Shown piece by piece: positions 1 through 10,859 of a DNA stretch of 64,000 bases. A program made the position numbers and the translations under genes. The stretch lies in contig CBDCNP010000002.1 in the NCBI GenBank assembly GCA_965219415.1, positions 4,608,001-4,672,000 of the forward strand, read 5' to 3'. The notes under the pieces were generated by a model. That model did not search any database. It was not told the DNA's origin and worked only from the letters and a program-made list of their open reading frames with translations. The stretch is from Candidatus Marinacidobacterales bacterium (GTDB lineage: Bacteria; Acidobacteriota; Vicinamibacteria; Marinacidobacterales; DATDRI01). How positions within the stretch are numbered: the first letter of the stretch is position 1; each line of letters begins with the position of its first letter.

Positions 1-578
1 ACTCCGTCTGGTATTCCCTTTTTCTGTCGCCAGGCGCCCCGCACGCCAAGGTAGGCGGAGAGAATCGCGCCCGCCGAATGGCCCCCCACGTAGATGCGCT
101 GCGGATCGCCGCCGTACTCCTCGACATGCTTATGAATCCAGGCTACCGCGGCGGCGACATCTTCGGGTTGCGCCGGATATTGGAATCCGTCGATGGCGAG
201 CCGATAGCTAGCTACAGCCGTGATGATGCCGTTGGCGGCAAATGGCCGTGCGATGTATCCGTAATGGGCGCGGTCCCCTTCGCGCATACCGCCCCCGTGC
301 AGGAACAAGAACGTGGGAGCGGCCTCCGCCTTTTCCTTGGGCAGATAAAGATCCAGCTTCTGCTTGGGATCGTTGCCGAAGGCCAAGTCCAGGTGATGGG
401 GAAGCTCCTTGCGGGTCGCCGCCGTGCCCGCATCGATCTCGTCGTAGAATGCAATCCAGTCGAGGGGCAGGAACTCCTCCGGGTGCTGGTTCGTGTAGTA
501 TTTCGACCTGTCCTGCGCCGTCGCAGCGGCTGCGAGTAAGAGACCTACCACTATTGGCAATACTCTTTCTTTCCTCAC
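1..578 (-). CDS. secreted alpha/beta hydrolase (HSL-like esterase/lipase), partial, runs off window start
   Basis: Manual minus-strand translation from GTG at 578 (RBS AAGGAG upstream): signal-like N-terminus, KLDLYLP, FLHGGG oxyanion motif, YRLA, GGHSAG nucleophile elbow. Confidence 0.85.
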   Translation of the reverse strand, partial: MRKERVLPIVVGLLLAAAATAQDRSKYYTNQHPEEFLPLDWIAFYDEIDAGTAATRKELPHHLDLAFGNDPKQKLDLYLPKEKAEAAPTFLFLHGGGMREGDRAHYGYIARPFAANGIITAVASYRLAIDGFQYPAQPEDVAAAVAWIHKHVEEYGGDPQRIYVGGHSAGAILSAYLGVRGAWRQKKGIPDG

Positions 579-752
579 CGTCACACTCCTTACGCGATGT
601 CGATCACCATCGCGTCCTCCGCTAGAACGACCTGCCCGGAGAAATTCTTTCTTGCGTCCTGAACTATCTTGTCCCAGATCTAGGGCGAGCGACGCTCGCC
701 CTAGTACATGGAGGCCATGTCGATCGCTGGCTGCGCCGAGGTGAATCATAGG

Positions 753-789
753 TGGACTTGACCCGCTTTCGTGGACACCTAATCCTTTG
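753..789. mobile_element. isolated IS3-family terminal inverted repeat remnant
   Basis: TGGACTTGACCCGCTTTCGTGGACACCTAATCCTTTGG is the reverse complement of the IS3 end at ~38297-38334. Confidence 0.8.
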
Positions 790-955
790 GGTGCTTCCGC
801 CATTAAGTGTTGGTGAGATGACGCTAAGACTTTACGGTGCACTAAATTACAGCCAAAATAGCGCTTACGACCTTCGCTGCACGCTAAATGGAGCGTAAGC
901 GCCTCTTTTGCAAAGGGATGCGTACACATCACCAACACTTGATAGCGGAAGCACC
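790..955. mobile_element. ~165 bp MITE with IS1-family termini (copy 1)
   Basis: Ends GGTGCTTCCGCCATTAAGTGTTGG...CCAACACTTGATAGCGGAAGCACC match the TIRs of the element at 2406-3605; the same interior occurs at 2126-2291 and 40560-40725. Confidence 0.85.
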
Positions 956-1000
956 CTGCACGCTGCCATTCAGCCTCTCTTTAGCCATAGACTTCCTCCT

Positions 1001-1474
1001 CTATTGAAGTGTTCGCCAGTTTTTAAGCTCAACTGTTTCCGACGCGGCTCCCCGATCGCCCGTGTCATCGGTGTATGCCGCTTCGAGTCTCAGGAACCAT
1101 CCTCCGTCGCCGTTGGGAATCGAACTCTCCACTCCGAACGTCACCATCTTATGGAATGCACCATGCCCATCGATACGGTTCGTTCCGTAGTTATCCAAAA
1201 TGCGGCGCTGGCTGATGCCTCTCTTCTCCACGATCTCGCCGTCTCGCCTCGATATATAAAGGCGAATCCGGTTCAGATCGATTCCGGTACCCGCTGTCTC
1301 CATCAATCCAAAATCGAAACGAATCTTGGCTTGGCTAGAATATACCGATGTCACGTAAGTCGCTTTGTAGACCGTGAGATCAACCATTGCTTTCGGGCTC
1401 TGGCTTGGGCTCTTAGAAGAGCTATCGCCACAACCCGCTACAAACAGGGCAGACGTCAAGATATAAACCTTCAT
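1001..1474 (-). CDS. putative lipoprotein, unknown function
   Basis: MKVYILTSALFVAGC lipobox, Ser/Pro linker, beta-rich body. Confidence 0.6.
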   Translation of the reverse strand: MKVYILTSALFVAGCGDSSSKSPSQSPKAMVDLTVYKATYVTSVYSSQAKIRFDFGLMETAGTGIDLNRIRLYISRRDGEIVEKRGISQRRILDNYGTNRIDGHGAFHKMVTFGVESSIPNGDGGWFLRLEAAYTDDTGDRGAASETVELKNWRTLQ

Positions 1475-1769
1475 CCTATCACCTACTCTGGGCCAGGCGG
1501 GTGGAGGAGGAATGAGGTTTCGAGCCCGTGAGGTCAAAATACTCATGCGGATTCCCGATGGTAGAAACGGAGCAACCCGCCAAGCCGTTCACGGGAGCTT
1601 ACTTTACGCTCGGACAGAAGTAATGGGTCGCTGGCTGGGAACAGCAGCAGGATTCTCCTTGCCTTGATGATTCCTCTTGTGATGATGGTAGACGACGTAC
1701 TCCGTCCTGTGCCAAAACTCGGCCCTTTTGAAATAGACCATAAATCAGCAGCTTAGTGTCTGTGTTTGA

Positions 1770-2125
1770 GGTTCTTGAGTGCGCCGCAGGCGCGTATATC
1801 CCCACGTCGGGTTCGCCTGCGTCACGCGTACAATGAGTTCACGGATGTCCTTCGCCGTCGGGGGTCGGCCTGGGCTCCGGTTCTTGCTGCCATCGTACTT
1901 GGCTGCAATGAGGTAGCGGTACCAACGCAGAATCGTAGCGGATGTGGCAACGGACGCAATCTGGGCCAGCGCCTCGCGGCCCAAAGCCTTGGCCTTGACA
2001 GCGAGCCTGCGCCGATCGTCGTCAGAGAGCCTGAGACGCTTGCCCCGAAGCCCGGCTCGAAGCACGCGGTTCTCCTCTCGCAGGTAGTCAATCACATCCT
2101 GTTGCTGGTGGTTGACCCAGCCAGC
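1770..2125 (-). pseudogene. N-terminal fragment of rve/DDE integrase-core transposase
   Basis: YLREENRVLR...RRRLAVKAK...GRPP...NPTWGYTRL; cut by an element end and a MITE. Confidence 0.75.
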
Positions 2126-2291
2126 GGTGCTTGCGCTGTTTGCTGTTGGTGATGTGTACGTATCCCTTTGCAAAAAAAGCGCTTACGCTCCATTTAGCGT
2201 GCGGCGAAGGTCGCGAGCGCTATTTTGGCTGTAATTTAATGCAGTGTAAAGTCTTAGCGTCATCTCACCAACACTTAATAGCGGAAGCACC
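2126..2291. mobile_element. ~165 bp IS1-derived MITE (copy 2, inverted)
   Basis: Near-identical inverted copy of 790-955. Confidence 0.85.
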
Positions 2292-2405
2292 GTCCGAGCA
2301 CAAGGTGCGCTCCCGTGAACGGCTTGGCGGATTGCTGCGTTTCTACCATCGGGAAGCGCATAAGTATTTTGACCTCACGGGCAAGTGGAGCTATTCGGCT
2401 CTTGG

Positions 2406-3605
2406 GGTGCTTCCGCCATCAAGTGTTGCTACGCGGCTGCGGGCAGTGGTACAGGTGCGGAAGAGACCGGGTTGCGCGCCCTACTGAGCACGAAAACCTC
2501 GATCCGCGACCACAAAGGAATCGTCGTCGCCAAGAAGATGTCTCGAAAGGTGAGCCGTCGCGTGGTCAGACCAGCCTGCATAGCCGGAGTTCGGATCTCA
2601 CGTCCGAACTTCAGAGCTCCGTGCGGTCGGACGAAGTTGTAATAGCAACGGAGCAACTCCAGGTGCTCATCGAGCCTCTCCGTCGAGCGAGCGTGGGAAA
2701 GCGTTCGTCTCGAAAGGTATGCCGAGCTTTGCCGGATGGTCAGATTTAACCGCTCGATGAACGACGTGTTCAGTGTCGAGGAGTCCTCGGAGTTATTGAG
2801 CGCGTCTTCGAATCGCCACGCGGCTCCGTGCAGCGCTCTGCGTTCGACCTTGATGATACGATCGTTCCTGCGCGTCTTTAGGACCTGGCCGTAGAGACAC
2901 GCTGGCCCGAAGAAGCGACGGATGACCTTCTGGTAGAATTCGAATCCATCCGTGACGATCAAGGGAAGACGCTCGAAATTCATCCGTCTCGAAAGGTCGC
3001 GAAACAGAGCGTGAGTGTTCCGGTAGCTTCGCCTTCCCGTCACCGTCGATGGCCAGAGCCGAGACCAGACTTCGATTGTAACGAAGACCCAACTCGGTGT
3101 CTTCTTGTTGCCCGCGAACGTGCGAATCTCGTCGGCTTGAAGCTCTTCGGCAGCGAAGCCCGCGATCCTTCTGTGATTGAATCGACGACACACTTGGGCT
3201 GCCTTCTCGAGCCAGCGGGCGACGGTGTTCCAGGCAATCCCTTTGATCCGGGAAATCGCGGAAATGCTGACACCCTCGACTCTGAGAGCGATGACCCCAT
3301 CGAAAGTAGCTCTTCGATGTTGGAGACGGTAGTAGGGCGTGCCTTTCGTCGAGGAGAACGTCTTTCCGCACTCGCCGCACCGGTATCGACGGCGTTTCCC
3401 GGACCTCGTTCTGTAGAATCCGTGGCGAACGATGTTTCCGGAACTGACTTTGCCCCGCAACGGACATGCGAGATTGAGACATCTGCGATTCTTCACTTTG
3501 GCTCGGCCCTGACGATGAGAGAACTGTGTCTTCGGAATTCTGGTTCAAACTCTAGCACGCAGACCGGTTAGAGGCTGGCCGCCAACACTTAATTGCGGAA
3601 GCACC
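2406..3605 (-). mobile_element. IS1-family insertion sequence (~1.2 kb), apparently intact
   Basis: TIRs GGTGCTTCCGCCATCAAGTGTTG / CAACACTTAATTGCGGAAGCACC enclosing a single transposase. Confidence 0.8.
2429..3496 (-). CDS. IS1-family DDE transposase (zinc ribbon + HTH + DDE)
   Basis: C..C/RYRCGECGKTF zinc ribbon, HTH, LQADE, VTDG, IERLNLTIR motifs. Confidence 0.85.
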   Translation of the reverse strand: MKNRRCLNLACPLRGKVSSGNIVRHGFYRTRSGKRRRYRCGECGKTFSSTKGTPYYRLQHRRATFDGVIALRVEGVSISAISRIKGIAWNTVARWLEKAAQVCRRFNHRRIAGFAAEELQADEIRTFAGNKKTPSWVFVTIEVWSRLWPSTVTGRRSYRNTHALFRDLSRRMNFERLPLIVTDGFEFYQKVIRRFFGPACLYGQVLKTRRNDRIIKVERRALHGAAWRFEDALNNSEDSSTLNTSFIERLNLTIRQSSAYLSRRTLSHARSTERLDEHLELLRCYYNFVRPHGALKFGREIRTPAMQAGLTTRRLTFRDIFLATTIPLWSRIEVFVLSRARNPVSSAPVPLPAAA

Positions 3606-3807
3606 ACTCCGACGATACAGGAACTCGCTGCGGCGTAGTTGGCCTAGCGCGTTCTACTTCAGGTGCGGCCCGGGCCTACTTGATGTTCTTTACTTGTCTC
3701 AGATTTGGGGTTGTGATTCGCAAGAAAGAAGATCGCGTAGCGCTGGATCGGCTTTTTGCAAAGCACAGGTACTGAATTTATACTTCGGCACTGGAGAGTG
3801 CACCGGA

Positions 3808-4571
3808 TGTTCAAGTCATGGCGCGCCTATTTGAATTTCGAACGGGGCATCATGTTCGATCGTCGATATGTTCGCTCCGCCGATAACGAGGAGTTTTTGG
3901 ATGCTGTACTCGCTACGGCTTCAGCGCGCAAAGTAAGTTTGAAGAAAGGCTCGATATACTGGCGGGCGCAGCTCGGTCATGATTTGCGCGAAGAAGGTGA
4001 AGGTAATGACGCGTTTGAGGTAAAGCGTGCCCTTCGGTCATCTCGAATGAAACCCCGTCAAGACCGTGCGTCCGAGGGTCGAGCCAATCCGAAGGGCATT
4101 CCTTACTTATACTTGGCAAATACTATAGAAACTGCAGTGGCAGAAGTGCGTCCCTGGATTGGATCGGATGTGTCGTTGGGTCAGTTTGAAGCCATTCGCC
4201 AGCTGCAGATCATTAACTGCTCTCACAATCACAGCGATCAATCCTACTTCTTCTCCTTCGGTCACGAACCGCAATTGTCACAGGAAGAAATTGAAAAGGC
4301 CGTGTGGTCCAATATCGACAAGGCGTTTGCTGCGCCTATCGTTCGTGACGACGATATCGCTGCATACGCGGCAACGCAGACCATCGCAGAGTTGTTCAAG
4401 AGCCACGACTATGACGGCTTGGCATATCGAAGTAATTTCGGAGAAAAGGGATACAACATTGCTCTCTTCGATATCAACGCGGCACGTTTACTCAATTGTG
4501 AACTGCACCGAGTCGATTCCATCGCGATAACGTCTTCCGTGCAAGACAACGCATACTTCGTAAAAAACTAA
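3808..4571 (+). CDS. RES-family protein (NAD+ phosphorylase/ART-like)
   Basis: GRANPKGIPYLYLA (R), TAVAEVRP (E), YDGLAYRS (S); start codon uncertain (3756 or 3808). Confidence 0.85.
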
Positions 4572-4831
4572 GTCTCGGAGCTTGTCATGTCCGAAAACGC
4601 GAACGGAGCCGAAAGCTCGAATCCTGAGGTGTTGTCGAAATTCGCGGAGACCTGCCAACGAGGCACGGGCTCTGAGATATGTGAGCCCGAGCAGAAGCCG
4701 TCGTGTCCAAAAAGACAAACGTACTCAAGACCCGTCATTCCAAAAACTTGTAAGTAGGCGCTTCCGCGCACAGGCACCGCGACCTAGGCCGGCGCGCCCA
4801 GGACGGGATCTGGGTCGGCGGGTTGCCGACC

Positions 4832-5012
4832 CCGTCCTGTGCCAAAACTCGGCCCTTTTGAAATAGGCCATAAATCAGCAACTTAGTGTCTGTGTTTGCG
4901 GCCGTGCCAAGGGCCGAGCGCGAACAAACGACGAGATCATGCAGGCATCGTCCCGGGAGACCGGAGACCGATCAAGTTCGGCGCGCGCGGATGAATAAAT
5001 AGAAGGCACAGG
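4832..5012. mobile_element. ~180 bp MITE made of two different integrase-element ends
   Basis: CCGTCCTGTGCCAAAACTC at one end and GAATAAATAGAAGGCACAGG at the other; inverted near-copy at 47226-47406. Confidence 0.75.
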
Positions 5013-5200
5013 GTGAGCTCGCGTGGGACGACGTCTCGGAGCTCGGTCAGCTGGCGTGTGGGAAAGCGTCGGGTCGCCGGACGGAGGAAGACATTACGCT
5101 TTTCGAATCGCAAGGAATCGCGATCGAGGACGTCGCGGTCGCTCGCCGGGTTCTTGAGTTAGGACGCGAGCGTGGACTAGGCCAAGCACTACCCTTTTGA
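5011..5200 (+). pseudogene. C-terminal fragment of ornithine cyclodeaminase/mu-crystallin family gene
   Basis: ELGQLACGKASGRRTEEDITLFESQGIAIEDVAVA...LGQALPF*; begins right at the MITE end. Confidence 0.75.
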
Positions 5201-5653
5201 CTTGGGAGTTTCTTCCAGCAAGGTGCGCGTGATTTGCTGCCCATGCTCGAGCACTTCCTCCAGACGACTTTGAAAGTGGATGCGGTTGGCCAGCTCCGCT
5301 AGCGGCCCGAGCGGGAGCTCATACTCGATGATGTCGGTCATGCGCGTTCCGGGCCCTTCGGGGGCGAACACGTGAGTGTGGCGGTAGCTCTGAAAAGGCC
5401 CGGCTGCCTGAACGTCCACGAACTGTGAAGGGGCTGCGTACTCGACGATCTCACCGGTCCAGTCGAACCGTAAGGGACCGACGTACATCGCGTACTTCAA
5501 GACGGACCCTCGCTTCAGGCTCTTGGGCACCTCGACGATGTCGATTCGAAGATAAGCAGGAAGGATCTTTAGGAGGTTACGTGGATCGTCGTGGAATTGA
5601 AAGACCAGCTCTGTCCGGCTATCGATTAGGGTAGTTCGCTCGACTCGACTCAT
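5189..5653 (-). CDS. SRPBCC (START-like) family protein
   Basis: VFQFHDDPRNL...FVDVQAAGPFQSYRHTHVF...TRMTDIIEYELPLG. Confidence 0.85.
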   Translation of the reverse strand: MSRVERTTLIDSRTELVFQFHDDPRNLLKILPAYLRIDIVEVPKSLKRGSVLKYAMYVGPLRFDWTGEIVEYAAPSQFVDVQAAGPFQSYRHTHVFAPEGPGTRMTDIIEYELPLGPLAELANRIHFQSRLEEVLEHGQQITRTLLEETPKSKG

Positions 5654-6129
5654 GACTGGTCGGTCTTCCCTCGTTCCAGTGCTACCCTCACGTTTTCCAG
5701 TCCGGTGCTGACTAGCTCTTCAAGTTTCTCTCGTACATAGAGTTTGTGGGCGAGCGAACTGAGAAGTCCATGAGGCATCTGATACTTCAACAGCTCGCGG
5801 ACCCACGTCGACGTCCCTTCCGGCTTGAAATGATGCTCATGGCTCCATTGTGTGAATCGACCACGGCGCTGAACGTTGACGAAGCGCGCGGGTGGTTGGT
5901 ATTCCGACACCAGTGCTTCCCAGCGGAACTCCAGTGGTCAACCGCGAAGACGGTATCCGAAGATTGCCCCGGGTCGAAGATCTTTCGGGAGCCGTTCCAG
6001 CTCGACGCCCGATGTGCTGGAGGTGATGAGCCGAAGGTTTTCCGGAGTGTCGTAGAACGCGAAGACCTCGCCGATTGGCCGTGCGATCTTGGTGCTGCGC
6101 TCGATGTGGAAGCTCCTTTCATTCCCCAT
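5650..6129 (-). pseudogene. second SRPBCC-family gene, frameshifted
   Basis: N-half (VFAFYDTPENL) and C-half (FVNVQRRGRFTQWSHEHHF) lie in different frames. Confidence 0.7.
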
Positions 6130-6141
6130 GGGGGCCCTATC

Positions 6142-6540
6142 CTATGTCTGGGGGCTGTCGGAATTCAACGAGGTACTTAACAGTGGTAGGAGTCGGGCCG
6201 TAGCCTGTTCGACTTGCTCGATGGCCTTTTGGCGAGGTTTGTCAGTCAGCGCTTCGGCGAGCACGATCGTCAGCAGCGCCCGCGAGCTTACCCGGTGCAC
6301 CAACACGGTCGGGTAGGGGTCTTCTTTTCCCTCACCAACGAGTGCCCCCAGTAGCGGCGTTAGAGACGAAAGGAGATGCGGGAGCGGAAAGTCAACGTTC
6401 CCGAAAGCGCCGAAGGGAGTGCCCGCCTCGTCTACTAGGAAGGCCGAGCGTGCACCGAGCTGCGACACCAGGTCGGCGAGCAGATCGCGAATCGGTGCGA
6501 TGGCTCCAGGGCGCGCAAGAATCTCGTCCGACAGAGACAC
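6142..6540 (-). CDS. roadblock/LC7 (MglB-like) protein
   Basis: LLADLVSQLGARSAFLVDEAG pattern; 132 aa. Confidence 0.55.
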   Translation of the reverse strand: MSLSDEILARPGAIAPIRDLLADLVSQLGARSAFLVDEAGTPFGAFGNVDFPLPHLLSSLTPLLGALVGEGKEDPYPTVLVHRVSSRALLTIVLAEALTDKPRQKAIEQVEQATARLLPLLSTSLNSDSPQT

Positions 6541-6552
6541 TGTTTCACTCCA

Positions 6553-6750
6553 GTTGATATGTTATGGAGGATGTGTCCCGAGGTCCGTGGAAAAAGAACG
6601 GCGCCCTCCACTCCGTCATCGGAGTATCATACCAGGCGGTGACCTCCGCGTGTTCGAGAACCTCGCTCAGACGTTGGTAGCCGTCGATGCGTCGTAGTTG
6701 AATCTGGCCAGAGGCGATAAGCCCAAACAGCAAAGCGACCGCAGACTCCT
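6553..6750 (-). mobile_element. IS256 3' end remnant
   Basis: Near-identical to ~60175-60357 (SAVALLFGLIASGQIQLRRIDGYQRL). Confidence 0.8.
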
Positions 6751-6899
6751 CGTCCTGTGCCAAAACTCGGCCCTTTTGAAATAGACCACAAATCAGCAGC
6801 TTAGACGCCCTTGGAATCCGCGCAGAATCCAGGGTATTTCGCGCCGTAGGGCTGACTTCCGACCCATGGGGCTGGCGGATGAATAAATAGAAGGCACAG
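6751..6899. mobile_element. ~150 bp MITE of integrase-element ends
   Basis: Same two termini as 4832-5012 with a different interior; partial copies at ~7535-7647 and ~43515-43628. Confidence 0.7.
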
Positions 6900-7301
6900 G
6901 CAAGAAACCTCACTGACATGTGGGATGGTTTCCTCCTTGGCAAGCGGTACCTCATCCACGACCGGGACCCACTATTCACCGAGGCGGTACGTGGGCTGTT
7001 GAGAGATTCAGGCGTGAAGCCCCTGCGCCTTCCCGCCAATAGTCCGAATCTGAACGCATACGCGGAAAGATTCGTTCTCTCCATACGTCGAGAGTGTCTG
7101 GACCGCTTCGTACCTCTCAGTGAGCGACACCTGCGCACAGCGGTAACCGAATACGTAGTGCACTATCACACCGAACGGAACCACCAAGGTCTCGGCAACG
7201 AGCTCATCACACCTCTGCCGGCAAGCGCGAATGACGCTGGCCCCATCGTGTCGCGAGAGCGACTTTTGGGCATTCTCAACTACTACTGCCGTGCCGCGTA
7301 G
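6900..7301 (+). pseudogene. C-terminal fragment of rve integrase-core transposase
   Basis: YLIHDRD...[12 protein letters not shown]...ERNHQGLGN...[12 protein letters not shown]; a further remnant lies at ~9527-9830. Confidence 0.8.
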
Positions 7302-7647
7302 ATGGTCGCCGGCGACGGTAGCCCCTCGGCGGGCTCGACCGGCGTAGCGTGGAAACCGCTTCAGGAACACGCTTGGATATTCGCTCTCGACTAGGTGGTC
7401 ATCTGCATGGTGACGACCCCCCCGCCCAAGACGATTGTACAGCCCACGGCCCTTGGCCCGGTCGCAAACACAGACACTAAGCTGCTGGTTTATGGCCTAT
7501 TTCAAAAGGGCCGAGTTTTGGCACAGGACGGGACGCGGAAGTCAGCCCTGCGGCGCGAAATACCCTGGATTCTGCGCGGATTCCAAGGGCGTCTAAGCTG
7601 CTGATTTATGGTCTATTTCAAAAGGGCCGAGTTTTGGCACAGGACGG

Positions 7648-8035
7648 GGTCGGCAGCTGCCGTCGCGAGCTCCTTGAGCACGTGGTGGTTCTCGGCGCAT
7701 GTCATCTCATCCGGCTCGTGCGAGCTTACATCAGCTACTATCATGAGGACCGTTGCCACTTGGGGCTGAACAAGGACACACTGAGCTTGAGAGTGGTCAC
7801 GTACCGACCGTCTCCTACGGCGAAAGTAGTCGCACTGCCGCGAGTCGGTGGACTGCACCATCGATACGAGTGGCGAGAGGCAGCCTGAGTCAGCTTGGTC
7901 GCTCGCGTTACTCGGCTGGTCGCCGAGAAGTTCGTCCTCAGCACCTTCCCTCGCGCGCTGACCACGCTCTCAAGCAGTGGGCTCCAGGGCGGTCCGGGCC
8001 TAGATCCAGTCCCGGACTAATAATGATGATGGACA
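7648..8035 (+). pseudogene. 3' fragment and right end of the 349-aa integrase element
   Basis: GSCRRELLEH...GGLHHRYEWREAA* followed by the AATGATGATGGACA end. Confidence 0.85.
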
Positions 8036-8260
8036 CCCATCTGAAGTCCTCGGTCGTCCTCGAGGTAGAGCGTCGGAGCGACTTGAACCAGCACCGCCCG
8101 TGGATAGCCACGGCACATGCCGGGTTTGACACGCACCCGGGAATAGTCCAGTATGGCGCGGTCGGCTATCCGATGGCTCTTCGTAGTTTTTTTTGCTGGT
8201 GACTTCCACCACACCTCCGTCAGCCCTCGCTTAGGCCCTTTCCGTTCAGGAGTTCATTTC

Positions 8261-8554
8261 ATGGGTAAGATTTATGTAGGCAATTGTTCCTTCGACGTCA
8301 CCGAGCAACAGCTCAGAGACGTCTTCGGGACTTACGGCGAGGTGAGTAGCGTCAACGTGATCACCGATCGCGACACCGGTCGCGCGCGTGGTTTCGCTTT
8401 CGTTGAGATGTCGGACAGCTCGGCCGCGCAAGCGGCCATCCGTGGCGTCAATGGAACTGATCTCGGTGGTCGTACATTGAACGTCAACGAAGCCAGACCC
8501 CGGACCGAAGGTGGCGGTCGCGGTGGCGGTGGTGGTGGCGGGCGGCGCTGGTAA
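8261..8554 (+). CDS. RRM RNA-binding protein with Gly-rich tail
   Basis: KIYVGN (RNP2), RGFAFVEM (RNP1), GGGG tail; RBS AGGAG upstream. Confidence 0.95.
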   Translation: MGKIYVGNCSFDVTEQQLRDVFGTYGEVSSVNVITDRDTGRARGFAFVEMSDSSAAQAAIRGVNGTDLGGRTLNVNEARPRTEGGGRGGGGGGGRRW

Positions 8555-8957
8555 GCCCCACTCCTCGACTCGGACCAAATTTTTCCTTGCGACGAGCCCG
8601 AGACCTACGAAAGGTCTCGGGCTCTTTCCAATCGCGCTTCTCTTCCATGGAATCTGGTGCTTCCGCCATGAACTGTTGGCAGCCAGGCCTTAACCCGTGT
8701 GCGTGGTAGAGTTTGAGCTTGATTTCGAGAGACGTAGTTTCTCTCATAGACAAGGGGCCTGTGCTCCGCAACAAGTCTATCCCAGTGTTGATTGCGCGAT
8801 TTATGGCTGCCATGCTTGGCGACCAGTTACCTCAGTCCGAGCGCAAGGTGCGCTCCCGTGAACGCGTGAGGTCAAAATACTCATGCGGCTTCCCGTTGGA
8901 AAGGTGCAAACTGCTGACCCGATGGGCGTTCGAATATTTTGACCAGACGACCAAGAG

Positions 8958-9437
8958 ATGATGTACCCAAGCCCGAGCATGCTATCCGAACAAGTACGCC
9001 GCCGTGTCATCGAGAGCCTGAACGCACGGCTCGCGGACGGACTCGATCTGCACAGCCACATCAAAGTCGCGTACTGGAACATCCGGGGACCTCAGTTCCC
9101 GTCGCTCCATCCCCTGTTCGAGACGTTCGCGGTCAGCCTCGCCAACCACAACGATGCCGTTGCCGAGCGCGCGGTCACTCTCGGCGGCCAAGCGTACGGA
9201 ACCGCCCGGCACGTCGCCGGAGCGTCGGCACTGACCGAATACCCTCGAGACACGACCCGCGATATGGAGCACGTGAAGTTGCTGGCGGATCGGATCGAAG
9301 CCTACTTGATCGGTCTACGCGAATCGCGCGAAATCGCCAACGACACAGGCGATACCGATACCGCCGATTTGTTGACCGCCATCATCACCGAGTTCGAGAA
9401 GCACGACTGGTTCTTGCGGGCCTCGTTGGACGGCTAG
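8958..9437 (+). CDS. dps: Dps/ferritin-like DNA protection protein
   Basis: KVAYWNIRGPQFPSLHPLFE, DAVAERAVTLGG, DTDTADLLT, EKHDWFL. Confidence 0.9.
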   Translation: MMYPSPSMLSEQVRRRVIESLNARLADGLDLHSHIKVAYWNIRGPQFPSLHPLFETFAVSLANHNDAVAERAVTLGGQAYGTARHVAGASALTEYPRDTTRDMEHVKLLADRIEAYLIGLRESREIANDTGDTDTADLLTAIITEFEKHDWFLRASLDG

Positions 9438-9989
9438 CTAGATCGTCCCCGTCCTGTGCCAAAACTCGGCCCTCTTGAAATAGCTGATAAATCAGCAGCT
9501 TAGCGTCTGTGTTTTGCGACCGACAGAACGAAACCACCAAGGTCTCGGCAACGAGCTCATCACCCCTCTGCCGGCAAGCGCGAAGGACGCTGGTCTCATC
9601 GTATCGCGAGAGCGACTTTGGGGCATTCTCAAGTACTACTACCGTGCCGCGTCGATTGTCGCCGACGATGGTAGCCCCTCGGTGGACTCGACCGGCGTAG
9701 CGTGGAAACACAACTTCAGGAACACGCTTGGATATTCGCTCTCGATTAGGTGGTCATCTGCATGGTGATGACCCGCCCGCCCAAGACGATTGTAGAGCCT
9801 ACAGCCCTTGGCCCAGTCGCAAACACAGACGCTAAGCTGCTGATTTATCAGCTATTTCAAGAGGGCCGAGTTTTGGCACAGGGCGACCACGTTGTATCTC
9901 AGTCATTCGGTGCTGACAAGGGCTGATACCACACGGGGTTGCTACGTTTCTACCATCGGGAAGCCGCATGAATATTTTGACCTCACGGG

Positions 9990-10237
9990 ATGCGGCTGTC
10001 ATCATCCACGCGTTGTCGACGACGGAGCGCGGCTAGGGAGTGAAGAGCGGGACCTTCCATCTGGTTGGCGAGTGCTGTCTCATCAGCTTCCTCGTAGTAG
10101 CCCGACTTCTGAGCCACTAGCTTGATCGGAAGGGACTTTGATGTCTTTGCGATCTTGTCGTATGTCCAAATCATTCCAGGCTGATCTGAAACCTCGAAAC
10201 CGCGTAGGTAGTGTTGAGGCACGTAGTGTTGACCCAT
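9990..10237 (-). pseudogene. DUF4238-like protein N-terminal fragment
   Basis: QHYVPQHYLRGF motif; truncated by an integrase-element end at ~9990. Confidence 0.7.
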
Positions 10238-10859
10238 GGCTTACGAAGATGTCCTTCGGATCATCGTGGCTCCCGTGGTCGATAGGCTGCCGAAATAATA
10301 TCCCCAACCATTAATATGCAACGGTTTAGTATGTGCTACCTGCTTACTTTCTCGTTCGGTACGCCTCAATATGAACCGGCCTCGACTGAACCAAGAGCCG
10401 CCTGTGGACGAATCTAGAGCGGAATTCGGTTCGCGACGGTCGGCTCCTTGGCCGAGTAGTCTCGGCACCGGTGACGTTGGGTCGAACCAGTCTGGACCGA
10501 TGATGGCTGGCTGTCGATGGTGAATGTCGGCAAGCCCTGGAGAGGCCGTCGTCGGGTGCTGTCAAGTTTTCCACGGCCTGACGGCCACCCCGAATGAATG
10601 AAACGCGGTAGTCTCTGGAGGTGGCACCGGCTCAACACGACGCCTGAGGGAGCTCGGTTTTGACGTCACTGCCCCAAAACGCTACACCCTGAGTTTCTTA
10701 TTAGTTGAGATTTTGAGCTCGGAGCGGCCCGCTCAGAGTTCGAGACCTCAACTTGACAGTATCCTCCAAGCGCAAGGTGCGCTCCCGTCAACGGCTTGGC
10801 GGGTTGCTCCGTTTCTACGATCGGGAAACCGCATGAGTATTTTGACCTCACGGGGTTAT

